Notes: generated by a model not told the origin, from the letters alone. Shown: positions 1-14,121, counted from the stretch's first letter. The stretch: DNA of 64,000 nt from Tubulanus polymorphus (GCF_964204645.1 NC_134034.1:9870962-9934961), one strand, 5' to 3'. A program made the numbers and translations.

Positions 1-839
1 TGTTTATCACAATGATGTCAGTACAAATATCCGGACATAAATAAACGGATCTGAACAAAGGTCTCTCTTTCTTTCTTTCCCTCTCTCTCTGTGTCTTCTC
101 TTTTTCTTCTTTACCCGTAAGAAAGGTTTTACGAAAACCTGTTCTCTGTATATATATATATATATTTTTTATGCTGTGCGACGAATTTCTTTCTAAGCTA
201 TATATAGCGGTAGGCTGTAGACCGCTTTTCGAAGAGACCCGCTTTATTTATCTATAGGTTGACTTCGGTAATCCGGACACTGCGCGCATATTTGTACAAA
301 TACATTCTAACCTATATCTATATATATACATATATAGATATATATATATAATTATATCTGTACAGCGATAAAACGACGTAGTTTTTCTTTTTTTCTTTTT
401 CAAACCGTCCGATCCTCTGGTCGCGCTCGCTGGGTGAGTTTCCGTCGTTTGTTTGTTCGCTCGCCCCGGGGTAGGAGGAAGGGGACGCCGCGCGGGGTCG
501 CTAGGTCTATCCCCCGGAGTAGCTGTAACTGTGTAATTCGCCTTTGATATGCGACATCGCGATCGTTCGTTCTCGAATTTTCGATGTTAAACCGACGTCT
601 TTTTTTATTTCGGACGAGAGATTTTCGTCGTCTCGTGTTTTTTTTTCCGCGGCGTCGGCGTCGCGTAACGATGCTAATTTCGTCGTCGTGTCCGTTGTAG
701 TTGTTGTTGTGGTCTAACGATTTCGAAACTAATTAACATCGTTATCGTTAAAAAACCGATACACATACATATATGTATTCAGTGGAATCGGACCTGCTGA
801 AAGACGCCTGAACCTCTATACACAGTTCCCTATGACTCG

Positions 840-1090
840 ATAGTATCCTTTCTCGAACACTAAAACAAGGATATATGGGAATAACAGCGCCGAGATATAA
901 AGACTCCCACGACCGGTATCGCGTGACTCGATCGCGAATTAATATCCTTTCTCGAACACTAATACAAGGATATAAACGTATATAGATTTATCGGACTCCT
1001 TGAACCGCTATGCACCGGTCTCGTACCTCGCGCGATTACGAATCGGTATCCTTTCTCGAACGCTAAAACGAGGATTACATATATCGGACT
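840..1090. repeat. Degenerate ~100-bp tandem repeat, 3 copies
   Basis: TATCCTTTCTCGAACAC/GCTAAA recurs at ~844, ~944 and ~1047. Confidence 0.7.
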
Positions 1091-2244
1091 AACAGCGGGT
1101 ACGCTGCGCTCTCGTGACTTCGAAGCCCGCGTATAGTAGATATTGTTTCGTATATACACTCTCCGCATACGCACTGCTGACTGATCGCCGAATTTGGCCG
1201 CGTTTCAATTGTGTCGTCAATTAAAATATCAGAAATATCGTTGTTGTTAACATTTATTACGACTATCCAGGGCTGTTGTATAATGATATCCGATATCTCG
1301 CGCCGGGCGCGCGCCGACTGAAATTTTTCGACACCTTCTTCGCAGATGACCGGGTCTCAATCCGTCGATACGACCCCTGAGAGCGAAACGAAACACAGCT
1401 GACGACGACGCTTAATCCGATGACCACCGATCTCGCCGGAGAATTCCGTACAGGAATCGCACGCGCGATATAGAAACTAATAAAAGCGCGGTACGCCGCT
1501 GATTGTTTTTTGTTTTTGTTGTTCGTCTAGGTGAAACCTGTTCGCTCTCTCACTCCTCTGATTCAACAACAACACGACCACCACCGCCACCGCCGCTACT
1601 ATCGCAGCGTTACACGACGACCTACAACCCCTCGCTCGGCGAAATAAGACACGCCTGAAGCCCCCATAAACATTGCTGCAATGGTTTAGTTTTCGCGTAA
1701 ACGGGGGTCGTCTCCAAAATATCATCGCGCTCGGATTATGTGGCGGCTTTTTGGATGCGCGGAGTCGCTCGGAATAGTAACTTTGCAGTTGATTCAACCC
1801 GTAAGAATTTTTCAGATAAAGCAACCATGTGAAAGGCCACTAGCCAGGTGACATCCCCCCACCACCGTCCTCCCCCCCCCCGCCTTAATATATACATCCT
1901 GAAAGATGCCATTTCTGAGGGGATGAGTGTCAAATTTGCAGGTTTTAACGACCTGGTCCCGGTTTCATAGACTGGGTATCAAAGTTTTATCCCTAGGGGT
2001 AAATCCTCAATTTGGGTGACAACCACGATAGTAACAATGAGAAACCATGGTTATAACTGACGAATTTCAAAATGTTTCCAGGGACTATTTTTCTTCCACA
2101 TCTATGAAACCTAGCCCAGGTAAGCAAATGGGCCTTATACTGGAAAGACAGGGGCCCCGACCATACCCTCCCCCCTGAGACCAGCCCCTAAATCCACAAC
2201 GGAGCAGGCTTCGACTTCACGCAGTCAAATGCTAATTATTTAGT

Positions 2245-2510
2245 CGATTTGACCACAAGCCAATAGGGCTAAGACTCTAAAGTCGTTGAGTAATCATTGA
2301 GTCAATTTAACAACAAGTCAAGAGGGCTAAGACTCTAAAGTCATTGAGTAATCATTGAGTCAATTCAACAATAAGTCAAGAGGGCTAAGACTCTAAAGTC
2401 ATTGAGTAATCATTGAGTCAATTTAACAACAAGTCAAGAGGGCTAAGACTCTAAAGTCATTGAGTAATCATTGAGTCAATTAAACAATAAGTCAAGAGGG
2501 CTAAGACTCC
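2245..2510. repeat. 58-bp minisatellite, ~4.5 copies
   Basis: GAGTAATCATTGAGTCAAT starts at 2288, 2346, 2404 and 2462. Confidence 0.92.
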
Positions 2511-3065
2511 CCAGTGTCAAAGTCTTAATCACATATTGAGTCGATTCAAGTCAATAAGTTGCGAGCTATAGTCAAAATTTCAATCATGACATCATTGTAT
2601 TTATATGACCTCGCAGTCACAATTTTAACTCTAAGTTGAAAGGACTTCGATCGATGACTCCACGGTCATAGTCCTAATCGTTGAGTCGATAAAATAAGTG
2701 TCAGGGCTTCAAATCTGGAGTGAAAACCTAATTTACATCGGTGAATTTAACCCTATCACAGGGTGGCCACTTCTATTCTAACCATTCCACGCTGTTTTCC
2801 CTGACTATTTTCCCCGACACGCGCATTGTTTTTCCCTGACTTGATCTGCTAAGAATCCGACCCAAAAAAATGTAACGGTTCATGCGCGATCTTGCAATCT
2901 TAACAAATTTCCCTGACTTTTCCCTAATTACTGTTCTAGAAAAAAAAATTCCCTGACTAATCCTTGACATCTTCTAAAGAAAAAAATTCCCTGATTCTCA
3001 GGTTAAACTAGAAAACTGAATCAACTATCATTAGAACAAACCTTTGAATTTCATTACAAATTATA

Positions 3066-3071
<6 letters not shown>

Positions 3072-3154
<83 letters not shown>
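3072..3154. repeat. (TA)n microsatellite
   Basis: Read directly from the sequence. Confidence 0.98.
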
Positions 3155-3155
<1 letters not shown>

Positions 3156-3883
3156 TTCATTATAAAATGAATGGTATATTGAAGTCTCTTAAATAAAACA
3201 AACTCAATTCTTAAGCTTTCGGATATATATCTATTCCCAGCACAACAACTTTGTCCGACTAGCAGCGGGGAAAACCCCGAAAGACATGCGAAAAAAAATA
3301 AATCCGATTTTCAATTAGAAATGAGTTCATATTTACTTACGGCATTCGCAACCGTTTGGTGACGTGAGTCAAAGCGAAAAAAACATTCACGCATTGCCTC
3401 AGCTTTTTAGAAATCGATGACTTATAACAAAACGTAATAATAAGGTTATAGGTGGAATTAGGTCGCGTAGCTGGAATCGGGTCGCGGGTCGCGTAGCGGC
3501 CAATGTTTACGCAGTCTGTCAGCTGGTAGGTATTACGTAAACGCGACTTACCGCACGTATACATGTAAACAGACACAAAGCGAAACCTCGGATACAACAG
3601 AGAACTTCTAGGAATACGATTTCTAATACTCGCGACTATTTTCCACGAAAGCAGCCGCAGTTTTGTCGGGTTCAAACGGTCAGACGTGATCTGTAGCGAC
3701 ATAAAACAACAATTTCATGCATTGTTTTGCGGAATGTATCGATTTCTAGGAAATACCTGTTGGTCATAGCTCCGCTAATGATTTCGAGAATATTACGATA
3801 GTTTTGATATACTTAGTGTTTGCTGATAGTCGAACTCTTAAAAACGGTAAAAACTACTCTCAAAATATGTAGTCAGGAACCAG

Positions 3884-4256
3884 GGACCAGTTCCATAGTC
3901 ATGGCTTAGGCTTAAGACCATTTTAAGACCGTCTTAGTTCTATAGCCAATCTAACAACTTAAGACCAGTCTAAGCTCATTTTGGTTCTGTAGCCAATCTA
4001 ACAACTTAAGACCAGTTTCAGCTCATTTTAGTACTATTGCCAATCTTACAACTTAATACCAGTCTAAGCTCATTTTGGTTCTATAGCCAATCTAAGAACT
4101 TAAGACCAGTCTAAGCTCATTTTGGTTCTATAGCCAATCTAAGAACTTAAGACCAGTCTAAGCTCATTTTAGTTCTATAGCCAATCTAAGAACTTAAGAC
4201 CAGTCTTAAGATTTAAGGCCATTTTTGGACTTAAGTCTCAACTGAGGAACCGGCCG
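3884..4256. mobile_element. Harbinger-like MITE with an internal 47-bp tandem array
   Basis: Ends GGACCAGTTCCATAGTCATGGCTTA / TAAGTCTCAACTGAGGAACCGGCC; about 6 copies of CTATAGCCAATCTAACAACTTAAGACCAGTCTAAGCTCATTTTGGTT. Family members at 18228-18358, 8830-9040 (reverse) and 19520-19670. Confidence 0.7.
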
Positions 4257-4899
4257 CTAGTAGTTTAATTGAGAATGAACTAACAATTATTCCCATTTCG
4301 AGGTTATTTCCGATATTTATGATAGTACTGGTAGTGGATCTGGTAAACACTCTCCACTAGTAGCGGTAGAGTCGGGTCTCTTCGAGTTTGATCGTCAAAA
4401 ACTAATTTCAACTCGGCATAGACTCGAATTGAGCCCGAGATAATCCGAGTCCGGGTCCTTATATTCTAGTTTTACAAATGTCGTCGGAAAAGACACGAAT
4501 TTCTTCAATATCGACGCGTGCGAATTCTTTCCGTTTTTAACGTTTAAGCCGCAGCAGCGCGATAAAATTCATCATCACGCAGGAACAATGTCTGATTCTA
4601 TAGGTTTATATACATGTGATCGGACATATGTTATTCGCGCATATTTCATGGATTGATATCATTTTTATTTTCCAATTCTATCACAAACGCGTTCGTCGCT
4701 GATATAGACCGTTCCAATTACAGCGTAATAATGGGGTATACATAAAAATGATATTGATAACTAAGGCATACGATATATAGACTAATATTACGAATATCCG
4801 TTTGTGAAAATGCCTGAAATCATCGAACACTTGAATACAAAAATATGAGCTCAAATCCGAGTAAAATTCCAGTCTCTTAAAAATGAGAATTCTAGATTA

Positions 4900-5370
4900 G
4901 TCAAGAAAAGCCCACGAATAGGGTTTAGCATAGCCCATAAGCAGGACCGAGCACAGACCGTGATATGGTCGAGCATAGGCAGTAGAGCCTAGCAGGACCA
5001 ATCATAGACCCAAAGAAGGGCCTAGCATAGGTCATCAGTAGAGTCTAGCAGGACCATGCCGATACCTATAGAGAGGGTGATCAGTAGGATTAGAATAGCT
5101 CACAAGCAGGACCAAGCACCGGCCTGGAGAAGGGCCTACCATAGCCCATGTGATGGCCCAGCATAGCTCATGCACAAGGAATGGCATAGCCCAAGAATAG
5201 ATCCAAGCATAGCCTATGAATATGGAGTATAACCCTTGAATGGACCCATAGATAGCCCACTGATAGGGCCTAGCGTAGCGTACAACCAGAGCGACAAATA
5301 GCCCATAAGGAGGGCCTAGAATAGCCCATGAGCAGGGATAGCCTAGCCCACCAATGTACCTAAGGCCATA
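4900..5370. repeat. Old degenerate minisatellite (GCATAGCCCA-like motif)
   Basis: Recurrent AGCATAGCC(C/T)A roughly every 20-25 bp. Confidence 0.55.
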
Positions 5371-5799
5371 TCACCCGCAAATAGGTAATAACTTATCAGT
5401 CGTCCGATAAACTGACATTGACACAAAATCTTATCCTCAGTCAACATAAAACGTGATATTTGTCACTGATAAAACGGCGATCACTGATACACGGGTTGAA
5501 ACGCTATACGAGTGAAAGTCTTGCTGTGTGTTACGCACTCTTGTTATTTAGCCTACAAAAATGCACACAGAACACTATATTGAAAAAGAGGACGAGAGGC
5601 AATCGAGGGGATGTGAGGACAGCGAGGGGCGGCAGTTAGAAAACTGAGAGAAAGGAGAATATAGAACAGGCACCAACATCATCACCCCTCCCCATATACC
5701 ACCCCCCGCCCAAAAAAAATTTTCCTGAAGTTTTTTTTGCGAAATACATCGTGAAAATGTTCTCGGAGTGCTCCCGAAATTCCCAGCCCTGGTACCAGA

Positions 5800-6253
5800 T
5801 CCATAAAAACTTGGCCCAGAATTTATAGGCCAACCTACAATCGCCAGTCGATAAAACCAGGCCCAGGTGAGGGGTTACTCCAATACCCTATCTACAAAAC
5901 CAAGCCCAGGTTAAGGGTCTATCCCTAGAAGTACCTACCATAGCCAGTCAATAAAACCAGGCCCAGGTTAAGGGGTTACTCCAATACCCAATCTACAAAA
6001 CCAGGCCCAGGTGAGGGGTCTCCAATACCCTATCTACAAAACCAGGCCTAGGTAGGGGTACCTCCAGCACCCTATCTACAAAACCAGGCCCAGGTTAAGG
6101 CTCTATTCTTAGAGGTACCTACCATAGCCAGTCAATAAAACCAGGCCCAGGTGAGGGGTACATCCAATACCCAGTCTATAAAACCAAGCCCAGGTTAAGG
6201 CTCTATCTATCCCTTGAGGTACCTCCAAAATCCAATCTATAAAACCAGGCCCT
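5800..6253. repeat. Irregular tandem array of CTA(C/T)AAAACCAGGCCCAGG units (MITE-end-like)
   Basis: About 10 copies; the unit matches the right end of the 9112-9224 MITE (CTATAAAACCGGGCCCAGG). Confidence 0.8.
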
Positions 6254-6262
6254 TAAATTTAC

Positions 6263-6306
6263 CTGTTTATAGGATTCACTGTCTCATCTACGAACAAAAG
6301 CCTCGA
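6263..6306 (-). CDS. Unidentified gene, candidate shared 44-nt exon (SRLLFVDETVNPIN-)
   Basis: Acceptor GTTGTTTTATCAG|TCG and donor CAG|GTAAAT. Open in phase 0, matching both upstream donors. The next exon was not found in the window. Confidence 0.55.
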
Positions 6307-7671
6307 CTGATAAAACAACGCTCGAATATTATACACTTAACGAAACGGATTATTCAATTCTAACCGGAATCTATGCTTCTCAGAAATAAATCAGAAATTC
6401 ACGATGTAGAGCAAAAAAAATTTTATTCCCGGGTCAAACCGTAGATCTGACACGGAAATTTCTAGGTTTCTAGTTCATTCAGATATTAAGTAAATCAGTC
6501 GGGATTTGACGACCCTTAAATCTGCCGTTAAAGCTAAAACGAATGTTGGTATTATGAGCGTAATACGTTGTACATGATTTTTACTAATGATATACGTAGA
6601 TGAGTTTGTGTAAAGTGGATCAGTGAATAGTGTATCAATCCTCCGCTAGATGTCGCCACGTCCTAGTCGAATGCGTCGGACGACACTGTTTGTAAACATT
6701 GCATTGTTCGGCATTTCTTAAAAATTGTTTTTCATACGTAAAGGTCAATTGCGACACTATGCAGTTCCTTTGTATCAAATATGACTTATTTGTAACACAA
6801 AACTGGCTTTCTTTCGCGAGTTATGAAGCTTAAAATTCCGCGCTAAATGTACATTGATTTTGGAACAAGAATTTCAGCCCCAGTTGAACAGACGTGCAGC
6901 TCTTCCGTTTAAAAGTCCTGTTAAATCATAAAACAGGTCTTGGGTTGTAGCCTAAGATTGACCGTCGAACCAATATAGACTTCGACCGGGCTTAAATTCC
7001 AGTATGGAACTGGCCCCAGGACCGACTAACCAACCGATCCAAGCCCGTCGTTTGGTTCTATAGCCAATTTAAGACCGGTCTAAGCTTATCTCGGTTTAAC
7101 AGCGAATGCACCAACTTAAAACCGCTTCAAGTTTCACAGCCAACGAATTCAAAATTGTTTAAGTCCCATAAAAAATCTAAGATTATTTTTGCATAACTGC
7201 GCAACTGCAGAACTGCAGGGCCCTGGATTGCAAACTTAACAATCATTAAAAATACAAAAGCGCTATCATATATCGGTGCACATTCTGTTCCTGTCAACTT
7301 CGCGTAGAAACTTACATTCGTTCCCTGCATCTACTCCCTCCTCTCCCTCCCTCGCTCCCTTTCGCAGCATCCCCTCCCAGCGCATCTTTCTAGCTTATCG
7401 TACTATTTGCAGTCTTCCATTTTTGCTATCACTTTTCCAGGGCCGAATATCGAAATTTCTAAAGCTACTAAATGAGTAACTCACAGGAGGCAGAATTGAA
7501 CGGTTACAGTGAAAACATTATTCTAGACCTACAGCACTAACAACACACAAATTATCCAGACAATATTTCTTAACTTTCCAACGCTTTGGACACAAAACTC
7601 AAAATTTCGTAACTTTTTTTAAAACCCTGAGGAAATGATAACTAACCATCCCGTAACTTTTTCAGTGCAGC

Positions 7672-7858
7672 ATTTCACCGCACTAGTAGTACCGGGATTT
7701 CACCGCACTAGTAGTAGCGGGATTTCATTGCACTCGTAGCGGGATTTCACCGCACTAGTAGTACCGGGATTTCCAGCACTAGTAGTACCGGGATTTCCCC
7801 GCACTAGTAGTACCTCGAATTCCCCGCACTAGTAGTACCGGGATTTCCCCGCACTAGT
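7672..7858. repeat. 25-bp minisatellite, ~7 copies
   Basis: Unit GGGATTTCACCGCACTAGTAGTACC. Confidence 0.92.
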
Positions 7859-7884
7859 TAGCAGCACGACACCCGCGATCTTAC

Positions 7885-8073
7885 CAATTTCAGTTTCTCT
7901 CGTTTGCTGTTGCAGGCGAGACGTCGTTCGTATTTCGACGGCGAATAAGTCGTCGTAGTCCGGCGTCGTCCGGCGGCGCTCGGTAATTCCTGCATCGACT
8001 GTACCAGTCGTCTGCCCGTCGACCGCACGATGGCAGACGCCGTCGTCGTCGTCAATGACATATTACGATCCAT
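7885..8073 (-). CDS. Unidentified gene, candidate alternative N-terminal coding exon B (63 aa; 71 aa from ATG 8097)
   Basis: AAAAATGG start gives MDRNMSLTTTTASAIVRS...KREKLKL, then donor TTG|GTAAGA, phase 0. Upstream acceptor TTTTTTCAG at 8333. Confidence 0.5.
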
Positions 8074-9111
8074 TTTTACGACGAAAAAAGCTTCCATCTC
8101 GACGAATCCAATAAATCCATTATATCCTAAAAACCGTTCGTCCAAAGGGTGTCGTTGTTGTTTTTGCCTGATAAGACTTCTGTTTACACGGTTAACTTCA
8201 ATTGCGACGGCGTATCCTACATATTCGCAGTAAACATTAAAGCATAATAAACCAATAGCCATAAACTTCCTGCACATGTCCTAGTTCCTAATAAAGACTA
8301 AAGAGAGTAGGTCATCATATATATCTGATGAACCTGAAAAAAGCGTTTATCGATTCGGATATCACGCCAGGGGCTACGGCATCTCGATTATCGACTTTAT
8401 TCCCCGCTCATCGGATTCGTTCTAAATATAGACGCCCGGATTTTCGACGTCGCGGCTAAGACTCTTAAATATCGCTTGTCACACGCGCGCAGGGGCCTCG
8501 TACGCGCACCTCGGGAAAAACCGGATGCGCAGTTTTGAAAAATGTCGTGATTGTCGTAATCACAAAATTCTATAGGACTGAATTGGTTTTAATCGAGGAA
8601 GTTAGTTACATTATTGGGCTATATTGCGGTGAAGACTTTTTATACAGATCCTAATGAAATCGCTTATATCAGAATAGATGACAAACTTCCATTCATCCTT
8701 TAAGTCATTAAGCGCTTGCGTTTCCATATCTATCTAGGAAGCCACCAGGTCTATAGGTCGCGTAATTCATGAATATATCTAGTTATAGAATAGTTCAAAG
8801 TTTTGAGTTGTTGGATAGATTGAAGAACCAACATGAGCTGAGACTGGCCTTAAGTTGCATGATAAGTTATAGAACCAACATGAGCTTAGACTGGTTTTAA
8901 GTTGTTAGTTTGGTTATAGAACCAAAATGAGCTTAGACTGGCCTTAAGTTGTATGATAAGTTATAGAACCAACATGAGCTTAGACTGGTTTTAAGTTTGT
9001 AGATTGGTTATAGAACCTAGACTGGTCTTGAATTGTAAGATAGGATGTAAACCCCAGATGGGCTAAGCAACTGGTAGATGGTCTTAGATCCCAAACTTCG
9101 CAAATAAACCC

Positions 9112-9224
9112 GGGGCCTGGTATTTATCGACTGGTATTATCTTTAACCCGGGGGGCTAACTCAATTCATTATCAATTAAGTTAGCCCCGGGTTAAAGGTA
9201 ATACCAGTCTATAAAACCGGGCCC
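9112..9224. mobile_element. Near-palindromic MITE (Harbinger-like ends)
   Basis: GGGCCTGGTATTTATCGACTGGTATTATCTTTAACCCGGGGGGCTAAC ... GTTAGCCCCGGGTTAAAGGTAATACCAGTCTATAAAACCGGGCCC. Half copies at ~33450-33492 and ~52142-52172. Confidence 0.7.
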
Positions 9225-11700
9225 AGGACTATAAGAAAAACAAATGAAACACCGAACTTTTGCCTATTTCTATTTTTCAAGTGGCCCTTAGGAGGTTAAA
9301 TAGATAACGCGAAAACATTTCCGGGTCAAAACACATGAATTTGATACCGATAGAATCATGACCGTTCGATAACGGCTCAGTTTCTTAAAGTCCCGCAGTT
9401 TTTGAACCTCTGAAAATCTAAATTGCGTATTTGCGGCCAAGTGCGTTTTATCAATCAGTTCTTTTGGCAGACGTAATCTATATGGTTCGCACAGACACTC
9501 GAACCAGAGATAGAGCCAAGTAGAGAACCAATCTAATCGCGACAACCAATGCCGTGCAATCAGCGAAAAACAAATCAGATTTGGCAGTTCTTAAAACTGA
9601 ACTTCAGATAACGTCAGCCTCGCTCGGGTTTATCAGTGATTTATATCGAGCAAAGTTTGAAAGTTCTTTAAGTCTTTTGACGATTGCCTAGTTGTTTGTT
9701 TAGTGTTACAAAAATCCGATAGATGGCGAACTGGTGCACAGTTCTGAGTTAAATTTGATTCATAATTAAAACATCGAAAATGAACTGATTTTAACTCAGT
9801 CTACTTTAACCAGTTAAATTTAACCCACAACTGTGGAACTGGATCCTGAGTTCAGAGTTAACTCGAACCCACAACTGTGGAACTGGATCCCGGATCCAGT
9901 TTACAGCGTTGAGACTTGCAAGCGTCTTGAGAAGAATGAGTTCATTTTCAACTCCCAAATGTGGAACTAGGTTCTGAGTTGGACCAGTCGTGGTCCGACG
10001 TTTTCATTTGAAACTACGGGCTCCAGTCGACTTGCCCCCCTCCTCTCCGATCTAACGGCTAATGAGAAGAGTAAAATTCCAAAAATGCTTGGCGATGGAA
10101 ATCAAGAACGCGGCGGCTGCTTTTTTTCTAAATTCGACTGACGTCACTAGTTTCAGTTAAAACAAGACTAGCCTTTCTTCATCAATCAGTGTCATGAATC
10201 GGGTATAGACTATACTACTCCGGCAGCTTACCGCCGGCGTATACAGCCTATATAGCCTCACGCGAAACTGCTTTCTCGTTTTAAATAATCGTTTAAATAA
10301 AATATCTCGGCCGATTTACCGATCGGCACGAATCAGGCGCGATCGACGGATCGGAGACTTTATCTACGCGAATTCAGCAACACACAAGGGAAGACAATAC
10401 GCACGCGCGCGGGCGCATGTCGGGGGTAAAACGGGCCTTGATTTTGATAAACGATTAATGTGGTTACAACGAACATTTAAATAGAAATGGAAAACTTATA
10501 GAATTTTACGCGATAGAAATTATCGAAATGAAAATAGCCGTGATCGAACCGCGAGGTAATTTGGCCTGGGCCATGCCCGAGTCAAATTTGGCTCTGGCAC
10601 GGATCAGGCCGGTCGTTCATACATAAACCACTCACTCGATACTATACAATGTTTAAACGAAGCGAAATGAGTCACCCCAGAATCAGTTAACACGTAATAA
10701 TTGGACCTCTGCTAAAATACGGGTCGGGCCTGGTCGGACATTTTGCATCCCCACCCCGCCCCCCAGTCCATTTGGCACCTGTGTTAACAGTTCTTCCGGG
10801 CCTAATTCGGCGTGAGCCAAAAACGCTCGCGACTAATATTTCAGTTATTTACTATCAAACACGGGCGGGGCTCGATGATTTCGACGATCGCGGTAACCTC
10901 GCCCGGGTAGTAGATTTATCGTCGTGGATACCGACGATCGAAACGTAAACTATCCCGACGGGAAACAAGAAACGTCTGCGCTCACGATCGACATTATCAC
11001 ATTATCTCAAAGACTTCATCAAGCAAAAATATCGTACGGGAGAGCGTCGGTTAGAAACTTAAAACGCGAGATTTACCGGGCAGGTTTCCGGTTCGAGCAA
11101 AAAATAATGATGGCTTCCGTTTTAAACCGAGAAAATATTAAGCGAATCAAAAGAATTTGAAAATAACAGAAGAGGTTTGGAAAATTTCTCTCTTATACAT
11201 TTTCGTTTGAAAAAAAAAGCACTGAAAATTAAAACGCGATTTGAATCCTGTACGCAGAGGTTTTTATAAAAACAGTTGAACAGCGGCAAGCGGAAATATG
11301 AAACCTCAGACGTTATACGCAGATAAGCATTCGAAAGTTTATAAACACAAATGATAAGTAAATAAATAGGTGATAAGCAAAGGTGAGATAAGCGTTTAAA
11401 CGATTATATTCTTAAAGCTAGGCGCACACTATGATAGTTATTACATGTATCATATATAAGTGATGAGATATATGTATAAACATATCTATGGGGGAGATAG
11501 CTTTACGCGACTAGTGCAGTGCACCCTCTAGTGGTCTGTATTTAAACTAGATTTGTTTATTCGAACTCGTAAGACAAATATATATCATTTCTAATCGCTT
11601 GCAATGCGTCTGCGGCAATTGAGGAATCTACACGTGAAATGAATCAAACTTGCGAATGCAAATATTATCAATCGACACTTTTCTACTCTCAGTGTTTGGT

Positions 11701-11960
11701 GACACCTGGTGGATCATCACTTGCCACCAGTGGAATTCTCCATTGCCACATTAGATGATGTCCTACTGTGCACTAGCGACACCTGGTGGATCATCACTTG
11801 CCACCAGAGGAATTCTCCATTGCCACATTAGATGATGTCCTACTGTGCACTAGCGACACCTGGTGGATCATCACTTGCCACAAGTGGAATCTTCTATATT
11901 GCCGCAGTTGTTGCTATCCTACTGCACACTAGTGACACCTGGTGAATCCTCACTTACCAC
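11701..11960. repeat. 77-bp tandem repeat, ~3.3 copies
   Basis: GACACCTGGTG starts at 11701, 11778, 11855 and ~11934. Confidence 0.9.
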
Positions 11961-12065
11961 AGCAGCGTAAACAAGCCCCATTATTGATATATGAAAGCCG
12001 AGCAACGATATTTGAGAGACGGAGGAATAAACCGCACGTGAATTTAAAATAAGATTAACTCTTAC

Positions 12066-12440
12066 CTCTCCGCCTCCTACCGACATCGGACGGTCGTGTT
12101 GAATGCCGAGTTTGCGTCGCAGCAGCTTCGGCGTCCACTGTCTGATCACACTCTGCTTCGGAATATCGATCGCTTTCATCGCTCCGGTCGGCGACGGCAG
12201 CGAGACGCCGCGCCGGCCGATCCGCGGCGACGCGTTGCGTTTGAGCGGCGGCGGCGACGTGGCGCCGGCGGGCGTCGAGTCGCCGCGACGCAGCAACAAA
12301 GGCGACGGTTGAGGTATTTTGATGTGATTGACGTTGCTGTAAGCGTTCGGGTGACCGTAGCCGTTATCGTGCCGGTGATTGTGGTGATGGTGGAGTTTCG
12401 GGCTGTCGGGCAGCCCGTCCATTTGAAATATCTCGGCCAT
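12066..12440 (-). CDS. Unidentified gene, N-terminal coding exon A (125 aa, His/Pro/Ser/Arg-rich, likely disordered)
   Basis: AAAATGG start context with an in-frame TGA 7 codons upstream. GC-rich coding-like sequence. Donor GAG|GTAAG, phase 0. Acceptor TTTTTTCCAG makes the exon start at 12535. Confidence 0.75.
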
Positions 12441-14121
12441 TTTGTCGTCTCTAACGAATCATGAATTCCGATTTACGAGATTCACAGTATCCCGGGAAAA
12501 ACTTCGGTCTTCAGTCTTCAGCGGAGTAAAATTTTCTGGAAAAAAGATAATATTTCAAGATTTTCATGATGATATTGTAAAATAAATTGCCCATGGGCAA
12601 AGTGTGGTTTACCTTGAAAGCTAGAGGTTGTTTGGGGTAAGGGCATTGCTTGAAAAATCTTTTTAATTCGTGACTTCAAAGTTCTACAAGTTTAAATATC
12701 TTTCTTAAAGGATTATTTTGTAGTCAAAAGACCAAAGATATACATTTGTTTACGATCCCCACCAAAAATTTCATAGGGTACAGGTAGGCGCGGCATGGAA
12801 ACTATTTTATATTTTCAAAGAAATAATTTTCATAATATGAAAAAATATTCAAATGAAATTCATATGATGTCACATATCAGAGGGTGGCTGCATGTATGGC
12901 CGCGGAAGCTAAAATACCGGTGCAGTAAGAAATCGGCGTATTAGATCGTTTTAAATCCTGGAATTAACCACTTCAATATTCAGACCTCGACCTATACCTA
13001 TAGTTTGCTGCTTAGTATTTTCAGATCACAAGAAATAACAATTTATTACAAATTCTATCAAACAGAAAACACAGCGCTCATCTTCTGCTGATTAAATGTC
13101 AAATGCGCCAGCAAGCAGCGTTACAGTATCACTATAGTAGTGTATACTGTACGCGCGTGTGTTTGTGTGCGCAACAGTCTAATCTTCTTGTGATATCCGC
13201 GCACACGTGGAGGCCTTGTGTAAGTGAATGTTCGCTACACTTCAATGTCAATCAAATCAATCACCGGGTATTAAAATGAAACAATACCTATTGAAATTCG
13301 CACATATACGGCACCTAGTCCAATGAAACGTTTGCCATTCCATGGCTTCCCCATAATTATTTTAGTAGCGCCGGAATTCCCCGTAAATCCCAAAAACAGC
13401 CAATCACATTTTCTCGTAGAGACAACGCCTCCCAATCGAGGTCATTGCAATTTTATACGTAAGAGCTAAGAATTTTCCCGCCAAAAACAGTTTTTCGTAG
13501 AATTTTAACTCAGTTGACCATGTCATCGACGGAGGTTCGCCATGTCTTCAATCGCATCGATTATACGTCGTTTAAGCCGAGAACCAATGAAACAAATGCT
13601 CACATAAAAAAACGTACCGCGATTTTACATGAATTGGCTCAATGCCAACATCATATCGCTGACAAAGGTAAACCAAAAAGTCTAGATGGCTACGAATAAT
13701 GTGATTTAGATATTCTCGGAGCCACCCTTATCGGATGCATTCGTGAAATCCGAACCACGGTTTCAAATTATGATAATACCTGTACAACTTTAGTTAGCAA
13801 TACCTGGAGCCACCCATTTATATATGTGACTGCTCTGATTTTGATATCATCGGAGCCCCCCCTATTGGATACACACGCGAAAACTAAAATGGTGGCTTCA
13901 TCGCGCTTCATAATTGATTTTGAACTGACAATTGAATCGATCATACTGATTTGCGAATGATTTTAATCATCTACGATGAACTCGATCTGAAGAATATTCA
14001 CATCGATACAAACCGCGACCGAAGAGTGAAGGCTAAACAGTGACATAGCTCTTAATAAAAAAAATGCGTCTTGCCCAAATATAGGCAAACTTCTTTTGCC
14101 CATTGAAAATTTAACAGTGAC

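Noticed and set aside
3337-3702. 121-aa ORF, or a 3552-3691 exon, as the next coding exon after 6263
   Set aside because: Joining in the required phase 2 hits TGA within six codons; at most a non-coding alternative exon.
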